A model generated the notes under the pieces. It did not search any database. It was not told the origin of the DNA and saw only the letters and a list, made by a program, of their open reading frames with translations. A DNA stretch of 64,000 nt, from positions 22,072,001 to 22,136,000 of the forward strand of contig NC_043001.1 in NCBI RefSeq assembly GCF_006345805.1. The letters run 5' to 3'. This DNA is from Octopus sinensis (taxonomy: Eukaryota). Positions 25,201 to 38,000 of the stretch are shown piece after piece. Positions within the stretch are counted from its first letter, which is position 1. The number at the start of each line of letters is the position of its first letter. Position numbers and translations under genes: made by a program.

Positions 25201-26756
25201 TAAGAATCATAATAGTATCATGTAATATACTAAATTTGCTCATTTTCCCCCCCAGAAAATAGTTGTAAAAATTGGGCTGCACCTCAACTGGAAATGTGTC
25301 TTATGCACTAGCAAATACAGTATGTGAGGTCTGATGATACAAGCTGGCTACATAAATTGGATATTCTAAAATAAATCAGATGTTATAGAATCTCTACCAG
25401 AAAATAGTAAAAAGTTTGAAAGGGCAACAATAACCAGTTGATGCCATATACAATAATTTATATAACACTGTGATATTTAACAGTTGAGAGCAATAGGAAA
25501 AGATATGCAACAATTATTCTGATAAAACCTGATGTAGCAAGTAATGTAGTCTGCAACCATATAAGTAAAGTAAATCAAGTGGGTGTTGGTGTACTCAATG
25601 ACATACGTAATAAATTTTAAATTAATTGAAATTTTCTTAGCTGGATAAAGAAAATACTGCATGTGCTGGTGTAAAAGATGTGCTCTTTTTATTTTTAAAT
25701 CATAATCATCATCGTTTAACGTCCACTTTCCATGCTAGCATAGGTTGGACGATTTTGACTGAGGGCTGGCAAACCAGACGGCCACACCAGGCTCCAATCT
25801 TGATCTGGCAGAGTTTCTACAGCTGGATGCCCTTCCTAACGCCAACCACTCCGAGAGTGTATATATTCAGAGTCAACACTATCAAGCAATATCATATTTG
25901 TTTGCTTTTTCTTTAAACACTGGCATTTTGGAAAAAAAAGGTTATAACAGTGAATCGAAGATGTTGTGTAGCGATAGACATGCCTTCTACGCTTCATGAA
26001 GGCAATACAATGGCTGAAAATCAAGTCGTTACAAGCAAAGGAAGTGGAATGAAATGTAGAACAATTCTGAATGTAGGTTTTAATGGTCATGTAGATCAAT
26101 TAGAAGATGCTGAGGCTATAATCATCATCATTTAATATCAGATTTCCATGCAGGCATGGGTTGGATTGCTAACATAAGCTGGCAAGCCAGAGGACTGTGC
26201 CATGCTCCAATGTCTATTCTGGCATGGTTTCTATGCCTGGATGCACCCACCTTATTTTATTAGTATTATTACTAGTAACGTGGCAAGCTGGCAGAAGTGT
26301 TAGCATACCAGACGAAATGCTTAGCAGTATTTCATCTACTGCTGTGTTCTGAGTTCAAATTCTACTGAGGTCAACTTTGCCTTTCATCCTTTCGGGGTCA
26401 ATAAATTAAGTACCAGTGAAACACTGGGGTTGATGTAATCGACTAGTCCCCTCCCCACAAATTTGAGGCCTTGGGCCTCCAAGTGGAAAGGACTATTATT
26501 ACTAATGTTTCCATGTAAAAATTTAGGGGGATAAAAAGATAGGCTTTTTTCTTAAACAAAGACAAAGTGTATAAAATGAAAGGTATCCACATTAGAGAGA
26601 AAGTATTTTCACAGCTGACATAAATAATGAAATATGGGGCATTCCAAGACAAAGCTTATAGTAAATGGGTAGTGGGGGTGAGAAGGAGACAAAGTTGAGT
26701 GATTTACAGCTGTCCGTATAGAGATATCAGCAGTTGTTGTCTAACCTCAGGCCTGC

Positions 26757-27155
26757 CATCATCATCATCGTTTAACGTCTGTTTTCCATGCTAGCACAGG
26801 TTGGACGGTTCGACCGGGGTCTGGGAAGCCAAGAGGCTGCACCAGGCTCCAGTCTGATCTGGTAGTGTTTCTACAGCTGGATGCCCTTCCTAACGCCAAT
26901 CACTCCGTGAGTGTAGTGGGTACTTTTTATGAGCCACCGGCAGAGGTGCCAGGAGAGGCTGGCAGTGGCCACAATCGGTTGGTGCTTTTTATGTGCCACC
27001 AGCACAGAAGCCAGTCAAGATGGCACTGGCATCAGCCACGTTTGGATGGTGCTTTTTATGTGCCACCGGCACAGGTATCACAACTACAATTTCCATTTGA
27101 TATTTATTTTGATGTTGATGTACTTGACTCAATAGGTCTCCTCAAGCACAGGAGT
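26757..27155 (-). mobile_element. RTE LINE 3' fragment
   Basis: Reverse complement of the tail from catcatcatcgtttaacg to the ORF-end ctcaagcac. Further minus copies at ~25704-25861, 26117-26250, 30850-30980, 40170-40430, 49690-50300 and 53055-53140. Confidence 0.85.
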
Positions 27156-28448
27156 GATCAAGAAAATCTTTAGTACAGAAGTGGTTGGTCAATGTATTGT
27201 TCAACCAGCACTCCAAACTCGACCATCCTTGTCTTTTTATCTGGACTACAAAATCTTGTGTCTTGCTCTAATTGAGATGGTAAAATGTGTTTTAAGGTAA
27301 ATCTAGCTGCTAATTCTAGCAGGCTCAGTGATCCTATATAAGCACAATTATTGGCTCAAGTAGCAGAAGTATTCTAATGCTGCATTTAACAAATTCAGCA
27401 ATACATGGTCATCAACTACAATCCTTATATTTCAAAGCAGCAAAATGTCACACTACCAACCAATAGAAACTGACTCGTAGACATAATACATTGTTTTACA
27501 TAGAGAAAGTCTGCTTTGTCAGCAAGGCACATTTGTCAATACTAGTCAAGAGGAAAAGAATAAACCATTAGGGTATTCGTATAATGTAAAAATCTCATGG
27601 GATTATAATTTAAATCATTTGTGGTCAGCATAAAAATTACCAGAGTTATTGAATGGAAACAATGTAGAATAACAATATAATTAGCACAACGTTCAGCAGA
27701 AACATGATTTTTATGATGAAACAGTTATTGAAATGCCAACTGAATGCAATATTTATTCAGTAGTTTTGAGCCATAAGATCTGCTTAAGCAGTACGAGTAA
27801 TCATCATCACTGAAATCTGGCAAGACAATTATATATCAGTGACATTAGAAAATTTTCCAAGGATGTCATCTGCACAGACAGCATATGGTTAAGTGCAGGG
27901 TCCTATAATGTAGTGAGCCAAAAATAACATTTAATCAATTGAAATACATCTGTGATGAGAAGAATATCTAGTGTTAATGATAGTTATAGATAAGAAAAGC
28001 AAGGGGGAGAACTCTTGGATATAAATAGATAAAAAAAAAGAAAAATACATTGGAGAGCAATTTTGGTCTTCGGAAAGTACAGGGAAAACTCCAGAAATGT
28101 TCAAATCTTATGAGATTTCCTCAGCAAAGTATAGTCTATCATTGTCATCATTTAACATCCCTTTTCTAATATGTAATTACTAGATTTTAGAATGATTTGA
28201 GACAGTAATATAATTTGCATGAAAATTATTCACAGATAAAGCAATTAAAATAATGATGATAGAAAATACCTTCAGTATGAGTAATATGTAGTTAATTTCA
28301 AACAGACAATGTAGGGAGACAAAAATAATTTTCAATAATTAAAATTACATACTAATTCAATACTTTACTTTTAGGCAATTGAGGATTGGGAAGATTTTCA
28401 CAAAGTAAATGAAGTTGCTAGACTATTAATAGTCTCCAACAAATTTAA

Positions 28449-28836
28449 TCTCTCTATATATATAAAGCTGAAGTTGTCTGTGTATGGCAGGTTTGGTAAC
28501 CTTCAACTAACACTATCTCCTCCGAGACCCTGCGGTGCAAGTTGACCAAAATTGGGAGTATGATAGAAGAAGGCTTGCTCTTCCTTCCATAGAAGAAAAA
28601 ATTCAAATCGGACCATGTTAACACCAAAAATTATTTACATCAAAAAGGTGCTTTTTTTCTATGAAAATCCCTACTTTTTATGATTTTTTGACTGCTGTGT
28701 CGCCATTTTTTGGTGTATTTCAACCAGAAAAATGTTCACTTAAAGAGAATAACAAGCTACATAATGCATAATTTTTACTTTTCAAAAATTCTAAAGGGTC
28801 GAAACAAACCCGAGCAATGCCGGGTGATACTGCTAG
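28449..28836 (+). mobile_element. Non-autonomous Helitron-like element
   Basis: A|TCTCTCTATATATATAAAG 5' end; 3' GC hairpin ACCCGAGCAATGCCGGGT then GATACTG-CTAG; no TSD. The base after CTAG is C, not the canonical T. Confidence 0.7.
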
Positions 28837-28863
28837 CAAGTATTAAAACCAAAAACTACTTAC

Positions 28864-29040
28864 TTTCTTGTAACTCAGGTTTCCCTCTGCTTTGCAACCA
28901 TAGTTATTGATATTAGAGGCTTCATTAGATTTATAGTCAGCACAGCAAGATAAGGGTACTTGGCCAATATTATTTTGGTTCTGATGAGCCCAGCTGGAGC
29001 TCAAATAATCAGTGTATCTTTGTCCACCACAACATTTCAG
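28864..29040 (-). CDS. Tetraspanin exon encoding the EC2 variable domain (CCG, PxSCC)
   Basis: aattcAG|CTGAAATGTTGTGGT...AAGAAA|GTAAGT; 177 nt; LKCCGGQRYTDY...VPLSCCADY...YGCKAEGNLSYKK. Confidence 0.95.
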
Positions 29041-29324
29041 CTGAATTTCAATAAAGAAATAATTATTTAGACATATATAAATTAAGATCAATACATTATT
29101 ATAACAACCAATTCTTAAGCCATTAAGAAAAAAATAAATCAACTTTTACTCTAAAATATGGAATCTAAAAATCTTTCTCAATCAAATATATAAATGCTGA
29201 TATTGATCTCAAAATATTTATCAATCACCTGTTAATTGAACAAAATTATAGTAAGTCATGAAAGGAAAACTGCCTTGTTTATTTTGATACCAACTCACTT
29301 GAGACAGCAACTGATTCTATAATA

Positions 29325-29890
29325 TTGGGTTGTCCGGAAACTTCGTGCCGATTTTTAAAGGAAAGAAAAAGGGCAATAAAAACTTGCCATTACATTTTTA
29401 ATCATCCAAATATGAACCATTTTGTTGCACAATGCATCTCCATCCTTCCTTTAACTTGAAAATACCCTCTTCCCAGAATTAAGGTGGTTTCATGACAAAG
29501 AATTCATCAAGGTATCTTTTTATGTCATCTAAGGAATTGAAATTTTTACCATTAAGACTATTCTGCAGAGACCTGAACAAGTGGAAATCCAAAGGAGCAA
29601 TATCTGTTGAATATGGAGGGTGGGGTAACACATCCCGACCGAGCTGCAGCAATTTTTGTCTGGTTCCCAAAGCATCAAGTGCCGAAAATGAACTTTCTTA
29701 TCTTCCATTTTAAAGGATTACAGAATTAACACAGGTTATAGGAACATAAACCTTCTCCCACGAAAAGACAGCTTAAACTGTGCTCTAAATGGAGGTGTAG
29801 TCAAATCCTATTTTATGAACTCAACCATGTTCTAAAATAAGTCGAAAGGTAAGCTACTATAAATCGGCATGAACTTTCCGGACAACCCAA
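29325..29890 (-). mobile_element. Non-autonomous mariner (internal deletion derivative) with intact TIRs and TA TSD
   Basis: TA|TTGGGTTGTCCGGAAACTTCGTGCCGATTT ... AAATCGGCATGAACTTTCCGGACAACCCAA|TA (30-bp TIR, 2 mismatches); transposase C-terminus VLPHPPYSTDIAPLDFHLFRSLQNSL. Confidence 0.92.
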
Positions 29891-32409
29891 TATAAACTGT
29901 TTGTTTTTAGTTAACCCAATTTAAAACATTTCAAAATTTCATAATTTTTGTTTCAAACATCAAGTAATAACAAGGTTATTTTATTAAATTCTTCATCATT
30001 TTAAAAATTAACTGAAACAAAGGCAATGTTTTTCAACAGAAATATGGTAACAGACAGTTAAGATCAACCAAACTGCAGTAGGGGATATTAAATATGAACC
30101 AATGCAATGACATGCACTTGCTACTTACAGAGACTATCCAAATACAACTTTGCTTTGCTATACCAGCATACTTTAGCTGCAGAAGGAAAGCTATGCAATT
30201 TATGTGCTCTGTAAGATGTGTTAATGCCTTATCTCTCAGACCTAATACAATTCATATCTGTACATACAGCTGTTAACTCACAAATGACTATAACTTTGTA
30301 GGATATTACCACGCTTTCACAAATTGTTTTAGATGCTTATAGCATCACAAACAGATATAAACTCTCTCTTAGACCTCCCATCCTCAAACCTGTAGAACAT
30401 CAGCTGCCTGCTGGAGCCTAGCGGCGGGTATTTAAAGGGAAAAATTTGACAAGACAGTCAGTCACCGGCTGACACTCACTGATGCTACATCGAAGAGGCC
30501 AGGGAACAGAAGAAAGAAGGAGAAAGAAGACATGCACCCAACACCAGAGATGGAGACACCTCCAAAAAGGGGGGGGGGGCACGTCAAAACGGTAGAGGAG
30601 TAGGGGCCAAAACCGGACATGGTTCCTCCTGATGATGTCTTGACCAAACTGGATCCTATAAAGGAGCTGTTGTGGTAGCAGACCACGAAATATGGTTGTA
30701 ATTCCCCTGGAGGAACATGAAATGTAGTGCCTTGTTTAAGAATGTAAAGCACTGCTTGGTTCAAGAATTGAAACCACAATCTTATGATTCAGAGCCCAAC
30801 ACACAAAGACATGTACCTTCACACGTAGCCAAGTGGTTCTGTATAGAACATCATCATTACCTTTAATGTCAATGCTGGCATGGGTTGGATGGTTTGACCA
30901 CAGCTGGCAAGCAGGACAGCTAAACCAGGTTCCAGTCTGATTTGGCTTGGTTTCTATGGCTAGATGCCCTTCCTAACACCACTAGAAATAAAATTATTTT
31001 TTATTCTAAAGGCCTCACATTATAAATTGAAAGGCGATGCTGCGATGTTCTTGTTTTCCTCAGGGTAAGCATACATGAAGTGAAATGATTTCAGCTGAGA
31101 ACCAGAAATTGTACACTACTTGTGGGGAGTTTGCCCCTAGATTATGATCATTTCAGCACTGACTGTAAGAGTTTTTATCGGTGCCTGTAAACACAATATA
31201 CTAATCATTTTAACATCCATTTTTTCATTCTTGCATGGGTCGGACAAAATTTATTGAAGCAGATTTTCTAGTTGGATACCATTCCTGTCACCAACCATTA
31301 CCTGCCTCCAAACAAGGTAATATTTCTCCATGACCAGACATGATTTTGCAGAATACTGGAAACGAGTGACATTCACTTACAATAATCACAGGATGTCAAG
31401 AGATGGCGACACAAATATACTCACACTAACATACACATACATACATTGTCTTTGAGTTTCCCCTCCTCTTCACATTTTTCAGCTGTTACTCTCTTCAAAT
31501 ATATACCCCCCCCCCACCACCACCACCATCTCTTTCATTGTTTCCAGTTGGTAGTTCCCTTCAAAGGAGCCAGGACCTCACAAGAGGCCATATGGCTGCC
31601 GTTGTGAATGAATATTACAGAACATTAAATCTAACTCCATACCAATTCTTAGAATTAAAATAAAAAAATACATAAAAAAATAAATTTATTGATCAGCTAA
31701 CAATGGAAGCCATCTTAAACCAAAAGAATCAATAAAATGCCCTGGTACTACAAAAATTGTTTCGTTCTGGTATTTTAGTTATAAGTATTTCAGTATCATG
31801 ACTAACATAAGTGCTTTCTTGTTTTTACATTTAACATTTTCCTTCCTTATGATTTCAGTTTAGTGGAATAATTTCAACTTGCTTCATTTTAACATGTGTA
31901 AATCTCTTCAACATTTTCCTCAATTGTATTCTCTTACTTGCTTTTGTTCCTCTTGTTTTTTTAATTTTTTTCCTCAAAAAAAAAAACAAAAAAACCTTCA
32001 AATTTACGTGATACAGTGTTTTTAACACCTTTTCCTTCACAGCACTACACTTTTGCGCTTTCATCAGTTTTATGTTTAGTTAACAGATAAAACATACACA
32101 ATTACAGACACACAGCATATTTATAATTTACTCAAACACTCACAAGCACACACATGCATGTATACACACATTTGCTTTATCTTTTTACTCTGGAAAACTA
32201 GTAATTTTGTTTCTCTTTTTAAATCCAAAACTGAAGGGAAGTACGATTTCTTGTAAAAAGAATGCAAATAACCCACCAGAATAAGACAAATTGAAGAACA
32301 GCAGGTGAGAGACGGAAAGAACAGATGGCAGACCTTCAGTCTATTGGAAGGTCTACCATTTCTTTTCAAGCTTTGCTTCCTGATATTATAAAAAGATTTG
32401 TCAAATATC

Positions 32410-32960
32410 AATGGAAATAGAAGTTGTGATACTTGTGCCGGTGGCACATAAAAAGCACCATCCGAACGTGGCCGTTGCCAGCGCCGCCTTGTCTGGCTTC
32501 TGTGCCGGTGGCACATAAAAAGCACCATCCGAACGTGGCCGATGCCAGCGCCGCCTTGGCTGGCTTCCGTGCCGGTGGCACATAATAAGCACCATCTGAA
32601 CATGGCCGATGCCAGTGCCGCCTCGACTGGCTTCTGTGCCAGTGGCACATAAAAAGCACCATCCGAACGTGGCCGATGCCAGCGCCGCCTTGGCTGGCTT
32701 CCGTGCCGGTGGCACGTTAAAAGCACCAACCGATCGTGGCCAATGCCAGACCCCCCCCCCGACACCTGTGCAGGTGGCATGTAAAAAGCACCCACTACAC
32801 TCGCAGAGTGGTTGGTGTTAGGAAGGGCATCCAGCTGTAGAAACACTGCCAGATAAGACTGGAGCCTGGTGCAGCCCCTGGCTTTCCAGACCCCAGTCGA
32901 ACCGTCCAACCCATGCTAACGCAGAAAACAGACGTTAAATGATGATGATGATGATGATGA
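32410..32960 (+). mobile_element. RTE LINE 3' UTR copy with ~5 internal tandem units
   Basis: Repeated ~60-bp unit then the tail with (GAT)n. Further plus copies at ~10160-10360, 34460-34520, 48250-48398, 52830-53020 and 59690-60058. Confidence 0.85.
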
Positions 32961-33696
32961 TTTACTTTTGAAGAGAGGACTATTTCTAAAGGTGGAAGCA
33001 GATGAAAGTACGTAATCACTACATCGACAAGACTATTGGATGTTATTTGCTGGTTGCAATGCACTTCCTCATGTTGTAGCTTTTCAATAATGCCATCCTG
33101 CTGGCTAGGCAGACAGGCCATCATTCCTCCTGAACTTAATGCCAGTCCATTGAAGGACTACCCATTTACAGCTGAGTGGACTGGGCCAACATGAAATAAG
33201 ATGTTATGTTCAAGAACACAATGCACCATTGTTTAGGATTTGAAACCACAATCTTGCAATTGTGAGTGCCAAGCCTTAACCACTAAGCCATTCGCTTTCA
33301 CAAAATGATTTGTAAACAATATTTGATTGATTAGGTTATGTTAACTACCTTTTGCTAATGAGAGGTAATGTCAATTAGACTCAATTTTACAAGTGGAAAT
33401 GAGAATAGATGATAACGAATCTAAACTAATTATTTTAAAATTTGTTTCGATATATGTTTTCAATGACAGTGCCCCACCATATCTTCATCTCTGGCAATTA
33501 ATAAATTTTATTTTCTTCAACCTATTAAAATTTAAGTAGTGAATCAGATTATATACATATGTGTATATATACATATATATACATATGTGTGTGGATACAC
33601 TATAGAGCACTCTCCTTACAAACAGTTATTACCAAGTTATTGTATTACCCCAATTGAAAAATTGCAACAAAAAATAAAATAAAAAAATAAAACAAG

Positions 33697-33733
<37 letters not shown>

Positions 33734-34023
33734 ACACACACACACACACACAACAATGTGTTGGTTGAAAGCACTACTTGATTCAAGCAATATCTCTTCT
33801 CTAAAACATCAATGGGTAAAAATCAATAATGTTCTTCCACTATCTATGCAAATATGATGACAATAATTATAATATCAGACAATAGAAGAAAATCATAAAT
33901 TTTCATTGCATAACATCCATTGTTTCATAGACACTTCAGTCATTTGGCTATGGCCATGCTGGAGCCCTGCCTTCAAATGAGCCCTAATACTACTTATAGT
34001 TTTGTATGAGTTTATGGATCGCT

Positions 34024-34062
<39 letters not shown>

Positions 34063-34400
34063 CACTGCTTGAAAACCGGTGTTGGTTTGCTTACATCTTC
34101 ATAACTTAGCAGTTTGACAAATGAGACAAATAGGAGAAGTACCAGCCTTGAAAACCGAGTGGGGGTCAATTTGTTTAAATAAACCTAGTATGGCCACAGT
34201 CCAATGACAAAGAGGATTACATACATATATGTATTATGAATGTGTGTCTGTGTGGTAAGTAGCTTGCTAACGAACCACATAGTTCCAGGTTCAGTCCCAC
34301 TGTGTGGCACCTTGGGCAAGTGTCTTCTACTATAGCCTCAGGCCGACCAAAGCCTTGTGAGTGGATTTGGTAGACGGAAACTGAAAGAAACCCATCGTAC

Positions 34401-34461
<61 letters not shown>

Positions 34462-34538
34462 TGTCCGTCCAACCCATGCTAGCATGGAAAACGGACGTTA
34501 AACGATGATGATGATGATATATATGAGTGTGTGTGTGT

Positions 34539-34592
<54 letters not shown>

Positions 34593-35094
34593 CGTGTCCC
34601 CCCAACATCACTTGACAATCGATGCTGGTGTGTTTATGTCCCCGTAACTTAGAGGTTCGGCAAAAGTGATCGATAGAATAAGTACTAGGCTTCCAAAGAA
34701 TAAGTCCTGGGGTCAATTTGTTCGACTAAAGGCGGTGCTCCAGCATGACCACAGTCAAATGACTGAAACAAAAGAGTAAAAGAGTATACACACACACAAC
34801 ATGGATCAGAAAAGCTGAAATAAATTTTAAAATCATAAAACCTAGCAGTGGGTGAAATAAGAAAGTAAACACATTCCTTTTATGCTTTTGATGTGCAAGA
34901 AAGAGAGAGAAGGAGAGTCTCCAACTGGATTGCTTGATTTGTTGACTGTTCTTTTAAGATGATGGTCTTGGTTTTCTTCCCAATCAATATCACAGAATAT
35001 TCAGTTAGTATACAAAGCAGTTATAAATTAGACTACTGCCACACTGACAAACTTAATTTGCATATTAGTGCTTTTGACAGCTCATTATATATAT

Positions 35095-38000
35095 TTTATG
35101 TGGCACCAACACCAGTGATTGTTACATGGCACCAACACCAGTGCTTTTTACGTGGCACCAACACCAGTGCTTTTTACGTGGCACCAACACCAGTGCTTTT
35201 TACGTGGCACCAACACCAGAGCTTTTTACGTGGCACCAACATCAGAGCTTTTTACGTGGCACCAACACCAGTGCTTGTTACATAGCACCAACACCAGTGA
35301 TTTTTACATGGCACCAACACCAGAGCTTTTTACGTGGCACCAACATCAGAGCTTTTTACGTGGCACCAACACCAGTGCTTGTTACATAGCACCAACACCA
35401 GTGATTTTTACATGGCACCAACACCAGAGCTTTTTACGTGGCACCAACATCAGAGCTTTTTACGTGGCACCAACACCAGTGATTGTTATGTGGCACCAAC
35501 ACCAGTGCTTGTTACATAGCACCAACACCAGTGATTGTTACATAGCACCAACACCAGTGATTGTTACATAGCACCAACACCAGTGCTTTTTACGTGGCAC
35601 CAACACCAGTGATTGTTATGTGGCACCAACACCAGTGCTTGTTACATAGCACCAACACCAGTGATTGTTACATAGCACCAACACCAGTGATTGTTATGTG
35701 GCACCAACACCAGTGCTTGTTACATAGCACCAACACCAGTGATTGTTATGTGGCACCAACACCAGTGCTTGTTACATAGCACCAACACCAGTGATTGTTA
35801 TGTGGCACCAACACCAGTGCTTGTACATAGCACCAACACCAGTGATTGTTATGTGGCACCAACACCAGTGCTTGTTACATAGCACCAACACCAGTGATTG
35901 TTACATAGCACCAACACCAGTGATTGTTATGTGGCACCAACACCAGTGCTTGTTACATAGCACCAACACCAGTGATTGTTATGTGGCACCAACACCAGTG
36001 CTTGTTACATAGCACCAACACCAGTGATTGTTACATAGCACCAACACCAGTGATTGTTATGTGGCACCAACACCAGTGCTTGTTACATAGCACCAACACC
36101 AGTGATTGTTATGTGGCACCAACACCAGTGCTTGTTACATAGCACCAACACCAGTGATTGTTATGTGGCACCAACACCAGTGCTTGTTACATAGCACCAA
36201 CACCAGTGATTGTTACATAGCACCAACACCAGTGATTGTTATGTGGCACCAACACCAGTGCTTGTTACATAGCACCAACACCAGTGCTTGTTACATAGCA
36301 CCAACACCAGTGATTGTTATGTGGCACCAACACCAGTGATTGTTATGTGGCACCAACACCAGTGCTTGTTACATAGCACCAACACCAGTGATTGTTATGT
36401 GGCACCAACACCAGTGATTGTTATGTGGCACCAACACCAGTGCTTGTTACATAGCACCAACACCAGTGATTGTTATGTGGCACCAACCACCAGTGATTTT
36501 ATGTGGCACCAACACCAGTGCTTGTTACATAGCACCAACACCAGTGATTGTTATGTGGACCAACACCAGTGCTTGTTACATAGCACCAACACCAGTGATT
36601 GTTATGTGGCACCAACACCAGTGCTTGTTACATAGCACCAACACCAGTGATTGTTACATGCACCAACACCAGTGATTGTTATGTGGCACCAACACCAGTG
36701 CTTGTTACATAGCACCAACACCAGTGATTGTTATGTGGCACCAACACCAGTGATTGTTATGTGGCACCAACACCAGTGCTTGTTACATAGCACCAACACC
36801 AGTGATTGTTATGTGGCACCAACACCAGTGCTGTTACATAGCACCAACACCAGTGATTGTTATGTGCACCAACACCAGTGCTTGTTACATAGCACCAACA
36901 CCAGTGATTGTATGTGGCACCAACACCAGTGCTGCTTGTTACATAGCACCAACACCAGTGATTGTTACATAGCACCAACACCAGTGATTGTTATGTGCAC
37001 CAACACCAGTGCTTGTTACATAGCACCAACACCAGTGATTGTTATGTGGCACCAACACCAGTGCTTGTTAATAGCACCAACACCAGTGATTGTTATGTGG
37101 CACCAACACCAGTGCTTGTTACATAGCACCAACACCAGTGATTGTTACATAGCACCAACACCAGTGATTGTTACATAGCACCAACACCAGTGATTGTTAT
37201 GTGGCACCAACACCAGTGCTTGTTACATAGCACCAACACCAGTGATTGTTACATAGCACCAACACCAGTGATTGTTATGTGGCACCAACACCAGTGCTTG
37301 TTACATAGCACCAACACCAGTGCTTGTTACATAGCACCAACACCAGTGATTGTTACATAGCACCAACACCAGTGATTGTTATGTGGCACCAACACCAGTG
37401 CTTGTTACATAGCACCAACACCAGTGATTGTTACATAGCACCAACACCAGTGATTGTTAGTGGCACAACACCAGTGCTTGTTACATAGCACCAACACCAG
37501 TGCTTGTTACATAGCACCAACACCAGTGATTGTTACATAGCACCAACACCAGTGATTGTTATGTGGCACCAACACCAGTGCTTGTTACATAGCACCAACA
37601 CCAGTGATTGTACATAGCACCAACACCAGTGATTGTATGTGGCACCAACACCAGTGCTTGTTACATAGCACCAACACCAGTGCTTGTACATAGCACCAAC
37701 ACCAGTGATTGTTACATGCACCAACACCAGTGATTGTTATGGGCACCAACACCAGTGCTTGTTACATAGCACCAACACCAGTGCTTGTTACATAGCACCA
37801 ACACCAGTGATGTTTATGTGCACCAACACCAGTGCTTGTTACATAGCACCAACACCAGTGATTGTTACATAGCACCAACACCAGTGATTGTTATGTGGCA
37901 CCAACACCAGTGCTTTTACATAGCCAACACCAGTGCTTGTTACATAGCACCAACACCAGTGCTTGTTACATAGCACCAACACCAGTGCTTGTTACATAGC

